A DNA stretch of 64,000 nucleotides from Tubulanus polymorphus (taxonomy: Eukaryota > Animalia > Nemertea), in assembly GCF_964204645.1 (NCBI RefSeq), contig NC_134025.1:4526001-4590000 (forward strand). Direction: 5' to 3'. Shown in pieces: positions 26,001 through 38,694 of this stretch (position 1 is the first letter of the stretch; every line of letters starts with the position of its first letter). The notes under the pieces are model-generated. The model saw nothing but the letters and a program-made list of their open reading frames with translations, did no database searches and had not been told where the DNA came from. A program made the position numbers and the translations under genes.

Positions 26001-28601
26001 CGTTTCCAAATATAATTTATTTTCACACAACCAACACAACTTTATGGGGGCCTGGTGTAGGTAACTTGTCAATCCCCATGGGAATCTATAGTTTTAGCCA
26101 ATATGAAATAATTTTTATTAATGGGGGCCCTAACATCTGCTAGAGAAGGACTATAGAACAAAAGAACGGGGCGTCATTTATTGAACATATTGAATGATTC
26201 AACTTGTTGAAAGGCATTCGATGATTAACTTATAGTATTCATCAAGATTCGAGCTTATATAAGAATATAACTCAATGTCATGCAGAATTTCTTGATTTGT
26301 TGAATATTTGTTTTGTCTTTAATACAAGCTGTCGACGGGTCGGACATAAACAATAAATGATATTCCTGTGAGGTTACAGGATCGAATCAGCACTAGCGTT
26401 CTCACCTTATGCGAATCACGGAAAAATTTAATTTCCCGGTTTATGAGATCCTTCTTGTCATCTTCCATGTCCATATCCTCAATGCCCTATAATGATAAAG
26501 TAAAACATTCAGAATGAGGGATACTTCTTCTGAGGTCACTTGATCCTGCATGTCACTCCAAGGTTTATAGCAGTCGGACTGAGGCGATTAAGTCAGCACT
26601 TTTCCCGAATCCAAAAAGACAAGTGGCGTTTACTATAGACTTTTGCTAATCAGAGAGGGCAGGTGGCTATGTCTTGATAATAGGCCCAGTTGAATTCCAC
26701 ATAACAAGACATAATAAGCAGTAATTAAAATTTGTCAGCAGAACTTTCCTGTGATAGCATCGAGTTCAAAAAGTGAACACTTTTCAACACTTTCAGGATT
26801 CTTCCTAAAATGTAAGCACTGATCAGGGCCTATCCTTAAATTTTTCCCGACGTTAACAAGTTTCTGACTTTGTTACGCTCACTACAACCCTATTACTATA
26901 TGAATAAAAACTCACCGTATCTTTTTCCTCTTTTTGTTTTCTAGGACGACGGTTTTGTTCCTCCGCAACGGGATCTCTCGTCAAATCATCGTGATATTCG
27001 CGCATTATCGCGTCCAGTCCAGCCTTCGCTACACGATCTTCCCTCATCGTGAATTCATCCAAACTATCATCTTCCGTTTCACCTTCTTCGCCATTTCCAT
27101 TCTCAGAGTCGGCCTTTTTTCCACTTTGTTTCGCTCTCTTTTTCTTCTTGTATTCATCGAGAAGAGCTTTCGTTTTTGCATCGACTTTTACCTATGATGT
27201 ATTTTCAGCATTATTGCATGTTTTCATATTAAAAACAGTAAGATATAAAACTAAGAGTTCCAAAAACTTACAACTAGTTTTTTCTCGCATATTTGCCATT
27301 CATTCAGTAGCCTTATACATCTCCAGGTAGATTCCGGATCATCGTACTCACAAAATCCAAAAGCTACAAAATCAATCCGTCAAAGTTTTAATAAGGAACC
27401 AAAATCATTCAAATATAATTCAGCGTTGCAGTCAACATACAAAATACAAGTGATATCTGATTACCTTGTAATTTTCCTGAGGCACCTTGAACACGTTTCC
27501 AACTAAGAACATTGCCACACCGCTGCAAACATCAATCAAAATAAGATTCAACTCAAGCAAATGTTTCATTTAAATGAGTTTAAGGTTAACATCATATATA
27601 CCTTCAACTCAATATATTACATTCTACAAAACAGTAATTACCTGAAGCATCTGTTTAACCATTGGATCTGGTGCGCGATCAGCAATGTTACCAACAAATA
27701 CAGTCGTCACTGGCTTATTTTCTCCATCATGATCCTGAACAAAACAATTTAAGAGAATTCATCAAAAATGTCAACAGCAAGCAGAACTTCCATATCATGG
27801 AAGTTGAAACCTATGTTCAGAAAAAAATTAACATTGAATACTTTATGGAGACAAGCCATAAAGGTTCTCGGGCTCAAACTCAATTTCTCAGTTATGAGGT
27901 CGTGTCAAGAAACAGTTTTTAGTGCCTAATTCTGCCACTAGATGGCACATTAGGCCCACTCTGCACTGCACAATGAGTCCCCCATACTTTGTAGCCAAGT
28001 TTCATCAACATCGACACAAAAATAACAAAGCTAAGTAGCTGAAAGGCAGACACACATACAGACGGAATAAGAGTCTCATGAAGCCCAAGAAACAAAAATA
28101 TTCCCATCAAGGAACTCACCTTTTTTCTTAACTGAGGTATTTCTTGTGGAATCAATTTTTTTGGTTGCTTTTGCATAGAAAGAGAATGACTCATCATCTG
28201 TAAAATGATACATTTCAACCTCAAAAATCACAGTGAAATTTTCATAGACCCTTAAACAAACTTAAACACATTTAGAATATGAAATAATAGAACTTTGACT
28301 TTAATATTGTTGAGATAATGCTTACATTTGGAGGCATAACTTGTGGCATGGACATCATTCCTACAAATGAAAAACATACACATATATATATATAAAACAT
28401 ACACATACATATTGGTGAGGTTAAATTGATGGTCATTCAATTCATTGCGACAAAAAAAATAAAAAATAATTATCAACCTGATGTTTCAGAATGCTCTTCT
28501 GCCTGATCCCTAAATATAATATATAACTTACCCATAGGAAAACCATATGTTACTGGAGGCGGCATGCCTGACATCATTGGGGGCCTTGGTGGATAAGACA
28601 T
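20001..28601 (-). CDS. RBM25: RNA-binding protein 25 (Pro-rich N-terminus, RRM, RE/RD-rich region, PWI domain)
   Basis: MSYPPRPPMM start (ATG 28601). RRM TTVFVGNIADRAPD...SWKRVQGASGKLQAFGFCEY (~27270-27735); ERERR-rich exon ~24261-24499; DYDDERDDPKFY (~22150-22220); PWI IKPWVNKKIVEYIGEEEATLVEFIC and VFVVKMWRLLIYETEAKKAGLVK* (TGA 20001-20003). Confidence 0.96.
20443..20570. mobile_element. Small MITE-like element in an RBM25 intron (piggyBac-like end)
   Basis: Terminal IR CACGTTCGCTGC / GCAGCAAACGTG followed by TTAA; internal perfect 14-bp IR TACGAATATACTCG / CGAGTATATTCGTA. Confidence 0.5.
23835..24153. repeat. Imperfect ~75-bp inverted repeat with tRNA B-box-like core (SINE/MITE-like)
   Basis: CATCCTCCCCTAGTGGGATTCGAATCTGATGGTATTG at 23835 matches the reverse complement of CGATGCCATCAGGTATGAATCCCTGCTCAGGGAGGATG ending at 24153. 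Confidence 0.55.
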
Positions 28602-28966
28602 CCTGGAAATGAGTAATAATGAACGGTTGAAACCCAGACTATACATCACTTGCTGTCCGTCTTTTCGACATTTCAGACCGAATTTTACGCATTTCCCAAC
28701 GAGATATCAATATCAAGTGACTATCTTGCAATAAAGCGTCTACTCTTTTTTATGAATACCTACCTAGATATGTCTTCAGTTAGTTTGTATAAATGTTTCT
28801 AGCGTTTTTATTTCGATATTTTCCTCACGAGAAAAGAAAGCACGAATCACTACCCACAATTCCATCGACCAATTAGCCATTGACACCGATGATTGTCGGT
28901 AGATGGCGCCAGTTGCTTGCTGTTGGCAGCTGTCAAATCAAATTTTATTGGTGAAAATAGGAAAGG

Positions 28967-29881
28967 ATGCATTTTTCTGAGAGCGAAGTCCTTCATGGGC
29001 GCAGGTCTCTGAAAGAAAAACTAGTTAACGTTGCATACCATAACACTGGACGACAAAACCTGACGTTAGGACGACGAATCGACACACTGAAAATCGGTCG
29101 ATTTGGGCTTATATTTTTCTGGTGTATGATCACGAGCTTGACATTCTGTATACCTTGTATAGTGCTACCTAAACTTTATCCGCACCCGCCTGATTATTGG
29201 ATAAGAGTATGCATTTTCTTTTTCGTGCTGATGGAAGGAATTACGAATTGGATTCTATTAAGACGTCATGAAAGCCAGTGGAAACCCTGCCAACCTAGAG
29301 CCAGTGAAGTGCCGCAATTAGGTTGGAACTATTGTATCATCTGCGAACAAAATGCTCCTCCAAGAAGCCATCATTGTAAAGTGTGTCAGATATGCATTTT
29401 AAAGCGCGATCACCATTGCTTTTTTGCAAATGTTTGCGTCGGATTCTTTAACAGACGATATTATATTGTTTGTGTATTTTACATTTTATTAACAAATGCA
29501 TATGCAATCTATCTGATTTCTGCATACCTATACAGCTATATCAATATATTTTCAGGAGAATTTGTAGCTTTTATTCCCGTCATACAATTTGTCCTTGTTG
29601 CTATAGGGTCATTGCCTATTACTCAGATTTACCTGATCTGGCAAGTATACTTGTGTTTAAGCTCACTGTGTATGGCTGTTGTACTATTCAGTGTTGGTAT
29701 GTTTATATCGCTCATTGGAAGCACTGAACGTGAAATGAGCAAGAGTATTTCTGACTATATTCAAGTCGGGACTTTGATTAGTAGAATTAGAACAGTTTTT
29801 GGTCCATACTGGATTGTGAATTTCATAATACCACTAACGACATCACCAGTCGGTGATGGAATCCATTGGAAGAGTAGGTAA
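28967..29881 (+). CDS. ZDHHC24: DHHC palmitoyltransferase, ZDHHC24/22-like, intronless
   Basis: 304-aa ORF with CIICEQNAPPRSHHCKVCQICILKRDHHCFFANVCVGFFNRRYY, flanking TM helices and C-terminal FGPYW...GDGIHW. Family is secure; exact paralog is less so. Confidence 0.85.
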   Translation: MHFSESEVLHGRRSLKEKLVNVAYHNTGRQNLTLGRRIDTLKIGRFGLIFFWCMITSLTFCIPCIVLPKLYPHPPDYWIRVCIFFFVLMEGITNWILLRRHESQWKPCQPRASEVPQLGWNYCIICEQNAPPRSHHCKVCQICILKRDHHCFFANVCVGFFNRRYYIVCVFYILLTNAYAIYLISAYLYSYINIFSGEFVAFIPVIQFVLVAIGSLPITQIYLIWQVYLCLSSLCMAVVLFSVGMFISLIGSTEREMSKSISDYIQVGTLISRIRTVFGPYWIVNFIIPLTTSPVGDGIHWKSR

Positions 29882-30328
29882 AGATCAGGAATTAAGACAT
29901 CATTTATAAATAAACAACTTTATTACAATCAATATGATGTAAATTTCGACTCTACTGTCCAAAATACAAGTTTTTATTCTTAAACATGTTTCTCTAGATG
30001 CATTTGCTGGATGATCAAAAATCATAAACTGCACGTGATGTTGAATGGTATTTTTTTCCACATTTCATAGAAATATCTTTTCACTGGTTTTTGTAAAATA
30101 AATCATCAATTACTGGTAGACCGATTGTGTTTATTTTTACTTTAAGGCTTCTGTAAGCAAAATCAGCTATAGGTTGAATTATACGCTGCTTATTTCTCAT
30201 GGCAACAAAACTGAAATCAGTCGCTATGACTTCGATGGAGATATTTCCCCCATGTGTCAAGTCTCGTACAGTATCCGCATTAAAACAATGGTTCGCTTGC
30301 ACAATTAATCTCTAATTTATAGTTATAA

Positions 30329-32382
30329 TCACTTTTGTTTCGTCACAATAAGAACAGCTGATGGAACCAAACCTACAATGAAAATCAGGGAATGAACCAT
30401 TTAGTCACCATGCTAGTATAAGTATTGCAAGTAAGTATTGCAACATTAGCCTAAACCAATACCTAATTCGCTCAATGGCTTCTCCATATCTTCGTCAGTA
30501 AATACTTTTCTTGGATAAGTAGTCATTAAAGCAAATTGAGCGCAAGGATCTCCGAGTTTCATTTGAATAAACAATCGTACACGAGCTAGTTCACTTTTCA
30601 CATCAAATGTTTCCGTCACGCATTCACCGTCCATTAATCGGATCTACAATAATATAATTCTATCTTTTGAATATATCGAGGCTTAGTTATCTAGTACAGG
30701 GTCCCTTCAGATCATTCCTGGATATTAAGGACATTTCAAGAAGAAAGTGTCGCCATCACTTTCATATCACAATTACAGTAGACTCCTAGATTAGTACTGT
30801 TTATCTCAGTGAACCATTAATTTGGTGGTTATGTAAGCAAATTTGTATCCTTTACACTACCTAAACCAATTAGTAAGTGCCTAATTGGTTAAAATATCCA
30901 GGTTCCAACTGTATCGATATAGAGTTTTTATATAGGGAATCAAGGAGTTGTAGGGACTCCTCTGTAGTAACAATCACTACCGCAACCGGATTTTACCTGA
31001 ATTCTAGATTTATCATAGGTTTTTTTTACAGCAGGAGAAGCAGTGGCTGGAGCGGGTACTGGCTGTGATGCTGGTGTAACTGTTGCAGTCTGTTGTCCTT
31101 GTTTTGGAAACTGAAAACAAATAAATCAGAAACAGATGTTTCATTTCGAATTTGACAAAATCATTGTCTCAAAGCCTTTCAAGAAAGTCATATCCCTTAA
31201 ACATTTGATCTAATTGAATTTGTACATACTTTAGCAGCTCTGGCTTTCTTATCTTCCTCAATTTGTTCTCTGACTTTTTGCCGGGCCAATTTTTCCTCGT
31301 GTTTTTCTCTTCGTCTTTGTTCAGCAAGTTGTTTCATTTCATCGTCCTTCATCCTGAATTCAACCAAAAAAATATCTGACCATGAGAACTGAAATCTTAA
31401 TGCAACATACTGAGAAATCTTACTATTCATACTTTTGTTTTGCGGCTGTCAGATCTCTGCCTTGAATTCTTCTCAATTTTTCTTTTTCACGAGCCTCTTC
31501 CTGCTCCTTTTTAGCTTTTTCTACCCTTTTTTCTTTTAATTTTTCTTGAATCCTAAAATGAAAACATTTTTCAGAGCACTTACGAGAATAGCTTGAATTT
31601 TGTTACGATGATTAATGAGGAGTTAATGAAAAATCAACCTGGCTAATTGTTCTTGTTTTTCCTCCTCTGTCAGTGGTTTGATTTCTTCCGTAGATTCAGA
31701 GAAATTCGAATGACCAGATCTTGCAGCGTGTAACTGTACTGCATCCTCATCTCTTAATAATTTACCACAGCTAGAAAATTATACTAACACGTTAATATCA
31801 TTTGGCTTCCAGTGTCTACCTTCAACCTGCACTGACTGTTGTTAAATTAGGATCTTATTAGATTGCTTACTCATCACATTTTAAAGACATTGGCTGCTGT
31901 GCCGTCATGGCTGTATCAGAACTTGCAGGGGTTTCTTCCATTTCATCATCAACTGATGGCGGTGCAGGCTCAGGATCGGGATCATCTTGATGAGCAAATA
32001 ACCTTTATAGTTAAAGAATAGATATTAAAATCATAACTTTTCGAAATAACTCTTCTGACTCAATCAAATTCATAAAGTTTTTTTCCTTGAATTTACCATT
32101 CCATCGCCACATCTACGCCTTTGTAGTGTGTCTCTTTCAAGGCCTTTTCCCTGCAATCCAATGAAAACATCATTAACCACTCGGTCAAAGAATTATCTTT
32201 TTTGGTTTCAGAGAACAAATATATGTCGCTTCACTTACACACGGCGGTCACCACGACCACGTCCACCGAGAATGAGATTGATTTTCATGGTCGATATAGA
32301 TAGGAAGCAATTAAAACAAGTGCACTTACGCCTTAGGCTTTGAAAAGCCCATCTCTAATAGGGTTTCTATATCGGTCGGCAT
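30329..32382 (-). CDS. UBXN1: UBX domain-containing protein 1 (UBA, C2H2-like zinc finger, coiled coil, UBX)
   Basis: MPTDIETLLEMGFSKPKA|EKALKET..GVDVAMEWL (UBA); LKCDECGKLL...HAARSGH; REKHEEKLARQKVREQIEEDK; UBX RIQIRL...[31 protein letters not shown]; TGA 30329-30331. Confidence 0.93.
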
Positions 32383-33344
32383 CTTGGTATTAGTGATTCT
32401 TCTTGGTTAGTGATTAGATTAGCTTGTCTGCGAATTGTCGAATTGTCACCAGTAATTTGTCGGCTTCTCACTAGGAGTCGCTATGTCATGAATGTCGTAC
32501 CGATTTATCGAATATTCATGCATTTCGTTTGTTTGGTATTTTTTCACCTAAATGAGACGCAAACTTTACTCAATTAATTGCAAGGCTATTTGCTATGCCA
32601 AATAGAATTAGATTTTCTTCGTTATCTTTAGCCTTAATCGAAAATTGTTTCTACATACCGTGAAAGGTATGTTTAAAACACCGATCTGGACTTTGATACT
32701 TGGAAAATTTAGATACGCGTTGTAGACATAACCCCGCGAACTAATCTCGCCAATAAAGTTAACTCCTCCATTGATTTGAAGACGATTTATCCGGATAGGT
32801 GTAAATACATTTCTATACAGGTGTGTGTTTTCATTGTCTTTTTTGTTTGGATTCACCACCGACAGTGACTGACACCGTATTAAATTAGGTTCCTGCCTGA
32901 GGCTGTGTTAAAAGTCTGACTGAAAATCACGCTGAGACTCTAAAAGTAAAACTGTAAACTAAAATAAAAAGTTGAAGAAAAAAAATACTGCAGGAGTGCC
33001 CCCCAGCCGCAGATGTCCAGTGGCAGTGGCACACACAGTGTATGCAGTGTTTTTTTAATACTACCTGACCGAACCTACTGAGACTTCACTGAAAACCTTT
33101 TAATTTTAGTGTCAACGCCACGCCAGTATACTTCAGTACGTACGCAGTTGAGAGTTAAGTTTACAGCAGAGGAGCACTGCGAACTGAGTTGACTGGTTGA
33201 AACTGAGATCAATACTTATATTACTAAAACTTACTTGATGCAAACTGAAATGTCATTTGATTTGTTTGTGACTCAAGTTTGTTAATTTACTAACGATTTT
33301 CTATTCTTTTTTAGGTCTACAAACTTTTTGATTTGAAGAAAGCA

Positions 33345-34732
33345 ATGTCACGTCAACTAAAAGAATCCCAACAGTTATTTCTGCAAGCGTTTATGTCGAG
33401 GGGTATTCTAGATTGCCGTCATGTGAAGTTGCTGTATCAAAATGTCTGTACACGTTTTGAAGAAGAGCCCGACATGAGTCGCCTGGGAAACTTTGTCATC
33501 ACGATCAACAGCTCCTTAAAGCCGTTTGGAATGGAAATTAAGAAGGGTACAAGTGAACAAACAGGAGGACAGTTTTATGCTTTAGTGAGTATGTTCCTTT
33601 GAAAGTCTTAATCTTTCCAGATAGTACCAAGTTTGGATATACTAAAAATATGCTTGATTTATAAATTTGAAATTTCAGGTGAATTTACATGAAACTAATA
33701 TTACGAGAATGTGTCCAACATATACACCTAATGACCTTGAACTGTTCAAGAAAATTGTATGTATACAATTGGAAATTTCAGCGAAATTACTCTACAGTTA
33801 TTATTAGCCTAAATTTAACAAGAGTTTAACTCATTTTTAGATTGAAGCGATAGTACAAACAGACGAAGGCTGCACGACGACCGTTAATGTTCTCAATATC
33901 GGGGCAGAAATGGAGAAAAAAGTGAGCAAGACCCACGCAGAGGAATTCCTTCATGATTTAGAAAAGAATAAATGGATAACGGTATGCTTCATTATAAATC
34001 CCTCACTACCTGGTACATAAGGCAAAAAACAGATAATTACAATGATTAGTCGGTATGCTTTACATTGATATTATCATAGCGTGTAGGTATTTTGATCTTC
34101 AGATAACAGATGGTGAGATATCACTAGATACTCGCAGTCTCCTCGAACTAGATCAATATATGAAGACGCAGTTTGAAGATCATGTTGTCATTTGTACTAT
34201 GTGTAAAAGAATATGTTTACAGGTAAGAGATAGTAATCTGATTTAAAAGTTTTAAGTTAGAGTTGATCGCAATGTGTATAGGAAAATTATAATTCTGCAA
34301 TGCAAGGAGATTATGGAATAATTGAATATACAGATGGCAATCCATGTATTGCATAAAACTCTTCATTTTTAAGGGTCAAGCTTGTGCTCAGTGTGATGTG
34401 AAACTACATATACATTGTGCGGCTACTTATTTCGCTCGTAATGCAAATGCTAATGCCTGTTGCCCTGAAAAGCGATGCAAGGCTCCTTGGATTCACGAGA
34501 TACCCCAGCCGAGAAAACGTTAGTATATGGCATAGTTGTATGCATAAATGCTCTCAGTATTGTTTGCCCATAGAGCGCATTATTTTTCAGCTAATTAGAT
34601 GAATTTACCTACTGGGAAATGTACCCTCTCTTTTTAGGTGGGCCTGATGATAGTCCAATGAAGGCCTCGCAGTCTACGGAATCACAGGATAGTCAACAGA
34701 GATCACGTACAACTCGCAAGAGAAGAGCCTGA
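33345..34732 (+). CDS. NSMCE1: Non-SMC element 1 (Nse1) of the SMC5/6 complex, RING-like
   Basis: QLFLQAFMSRGIL...INSSLKPFGMEIKKG..YAL|VN; exons ~33679-33756, 33841-33981, 34103-34222 (RSLLELDQY...CTMCKRICLQ), ~34374-34518 (CAQCDVKLHIHC...CP..CKAPW), last exon to TGA 34730-34732. Confidence 0.93.
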
Positions 34733-35504
34733 TTATTATCAGTAATAGTCCGATCGTTGACTTCACATGACTGCTGCCGATGTTCAATAATAATCCTTAT
34801 GGTGCAATTCGTAACATGTACATATGTTTATAGAAATCTGTAAATAAATCGTTGAGCTTAATTTTTTGCAATTAAGATATCCATTTTCCTTCTCTGCTTC
34901 TTCATTGATACATGAACGATTATTTCATATTTCTCTCATCAGGAAACGTTTTGTATTCATATCTCTTTCACGAATAACCAGTATTAGCTCGAGTCCTATT
35001 TTATAGCATTACAGCAGACAGGATTGAGGAACAATAAAAACTGAAAACCTGAGATAACAAATGTGAGCTAACGTATTTGGCCCTAAGGGGTTAATAAGAA
35101 ATGACCCAAAATCTGAAAAAAAATTCCGGAATGTACAACTGGTTGGTTTCAACTCCGTAAGCCTAGAATTACGAAAATATTGGCCATCAAAATATGGCGT
35201 TTTGACCTTGACCAAGAGTCTATATAAAATGTCCGCATTTTAATGAATAATATATGCCCATAAAATCAGTCGTACTACAACAGCCTCCTTCAGTGGAACC
35301 TCGTTACAACGATCATCGGTTATTATAATTTACTCAGAATTCTATCCTAAATAAATGCTTTCATAAGTGATTGGAGGCAATCTCTCGTCAAAACCACATA
35401 ATAGACATAAGCGGAGATAAAATGTCACTATTAATGTGCAAACAGCTTTATTATCTTGAATCTGAATCTGCTGTTACATAATTAAACACATCGTATCGGA
35501 ATAT

Positions 35505-36182
<678 letters not shown>

Positions 36183-36455
36183 GTTGTTGGATTCACCTGG
36201 AAAATAAATACATGTGGTATAATTAAGTAAATCCACAAAAAAATGAGGTCAACTAATTTGAAGACCAACAAGCCGAATCGAATTGGAAAAACGTATTCAA
36301 CTATTCTAGCAAGCTATCATCATACAGTAAGCTCTTACAGTACAAATCGTACGCTCAAATTAGCGTTAAAGACCTCTTAAAAACGAACAGGTAGTTTCAA
36401 GGTGTTAAATATGGGCGATTATTTCAAAATAATGGTTTAAATAGCGACTAACTTA

Positions 36456-36497
36456 CACGTGCATGTGCAAATTTTCTATACAAATGGCTGGAAAGGC
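36456..36497 (-). promoter_or_regulatory. Probable 5'TOP/TCT start and non-coding first exon of FAU
   Basis: Minus strand reads CCTTTCCAGCCATT...CACGT|gtaagt, a pyrimidine initiator typical of ribosomal protein genes, followed by a canonical donor. Confidence 0.6.
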
Positions 36498-37052
36498 ATA
36501 ACCTGTGTAATACGTCACGCATAAACGTGATAGTAGAGTCAAAAAGCCGGAACAGGACTCAAAATCTGTAAGCGGAAAACACGGATTCGCTTTCGGCATA
36601 AATGCATGAAGCGTAGTATCCCGATCACTAGAATTCGTTTGTTGAGAAAAGAAAAAATAGCTACATATCACCATATTATCGTTGAAATACAATGACTGAA
36701 GCACCGTAATCTATTTTCAGTGAAGAGGCCGATACATCTCTCTCTGACGAAATCCAGAGATTCAAGTGACTACGCCACGGCCCGGCGGACACTTATGGGC
36801 TGCTGAATTCATTTTTTATTCGGGGTGACAGTTGAAGCAATCTTATTTGCCAGAAATGCAATGAAATGGCATTCTCCATGTGAAAACATCAAGTAGAATT
36901 TGAGCCAAGGGGCGTGGTCTGAGACATAAAATATTTTTAGTGTCTGGATGTACAAATAATTTTATTTCTGAATAAATCTTTTTGAACATTTTGCTTGACA
37001 AAAAATGTAATAATCATAGTTCAATATTAATTTTCTCATTAAAACATGCAAG

Positions 37053-38267
37053 TTATTTTGATTTAACATTGTCCTCTTTTTGGGAATTATCATCGGAAGA
37101 TGATGTTGGTTGGTCAAACAATGTAGCAAATGGATCCTCGTGGTTATCGTGTTGTTCATCACCGAGTGTCCATAACGTTTCTAAATCATAAATTTCACGG
37201 ACCTCTGGTAAAAACAGATGAAGGGCGATATTACCTAAATATAAATATAAAGTACGTTACATTAAATTATCAAGTTATAATAATTGAATTTTTATGAAAT
37301 GACATTTACCTAAATCCAATGCCAGCCATCTGTCACGGGCATCAGCACCCTCGATTTTCGGTGGTTGCTTACCTTCACATCTCTGCTTATACTGAAAATA
37401 AAAACATTTTGAAACTTAAAGGTTTTAATACATATGCTGTAGATATTCAAGAAATTTCACAGCAGTTCTCCAAATAACTAACACAAACTCCTCTCCCAGT
37501 TACCAAGTACTACTTACGAGCCATCTAATATATTTAGCTACAGCCAATAAGTGTCGTGTAGATTTCCCTGAAGCGATTACCATATGATCGACATAACGTT
37601 TGGAAGGTGGAATATCAATAACACTGATATCTAAAGCGTTTTCGTATTTCAAAGCTGCAACTAAATCATCAACATCGAATACTCCATATTCACCGGCTGA
37701 AAAATAAAGAAATACCAATCATACCGATGAAATCACTAATCTACATCGATAAGCGTTCTATTTCTACTTATACCTACGTTCAAATGATATCGGATGCACT
37801 TTTTCAACAACTTTCTCATAATGCACTTCTCCAACACCCGAAAAATCACTGAAGTCCTGAAAGTCTTCATATTCATCTTCCAAATCGTTCACAGTTCTTT
37901 CGTTTTCATTAATTTCAACCTCCGATTCATTATCAATCACAGATGTAGCTTTAACTTCCTTTAGATTATAATCCTTAGCTATGAATTCATCATTTTCATC
38001 GTGTTCTGAATTCACTCCGATATCAGAAAAATCACTTGTTATCTCTTTCATCCAATCTTGAACATCAATGTCTTTTTTAATTTCATCAGAATTTTCGTCA
38101 GTGAATTCAGTTTTATTCCAAGTTGAAAGTGAAAAGTTCCGACTAATTTTATGCTTAGATAATAAAGGTTTAATTGCACCGACGTGATGTCTACTACACA
38201 AATTCCGAACTGTGACAGTCCTTAACAAATTCACAAAGGAAGAGCTCTTAACAATATACTGCAACAT
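37053..38267 (-). CDS. MALSU1: Mitochondrial assembly of ribosomal large subunit protein 1 (RsfS/Iojap family)
   Basis: Presequence-like and acidic first exon (~37775-38267), then GVFDVDDLVAALKYENALDISVIDIP..YVDHMVIASGKSTRHL, WLALDLG|NIALHLFLPEVREIYDLETLWTLG; TAA 37053-37055. Confidence 0.94.
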
Positions 38268-38694
38268 AACGATGTCCTGCTGAGTGAGTCCTGGAGAAGC
38301 AAATAGCCAATAATAGGCGTCCGGTTGTTTGTGTTGGTCAGCAGAAAAACAAAAAGCTCAATTCTATCATTTTTAGTCAATCACTCATACATAAATGCCG
38401 AATTCAACTAACAAAATTACAAATCAATAGGAATGTCACCTTCTCCTTGGAAATACAAGGTATTAAAAGACACACTGAGCTGATTCTTCAAAAATAAATG
38501 ATTGAAGTGAAACTTGTGGAGCCTAAGATCAAAAAGTTGTTGCGTTACAGCTACAATCAATAACGTAGGCTCGTTGAATTCGACGAAACTACGAAAATAC
38601 GCATCTCAATATAAAAATGTATAGTTTTACAAAAAGATTGCACAAAGTTCGGTTCAGTTATTTAAAATTAGCCATTGCCATTACTGAATAAGAT

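Noticed and set aside
35291-35330. CAGTGGAACCTCG-type Tc1/pogo MITE ends (also ~1278, ~17748, ~50180, ~61430)
   Set aside because: Single short termini without paired ends; cannot be delimited as elements.
36716-36830. C/D-box-like or U12/RNase P-like fragments between FAU and MALSU1
   Set aside because: Only short matches (ATTCGGGGTGAC; GTGAAGA...CTGA) without the surrounding conserved sequence; more likely FAU upstream promoter DNA.
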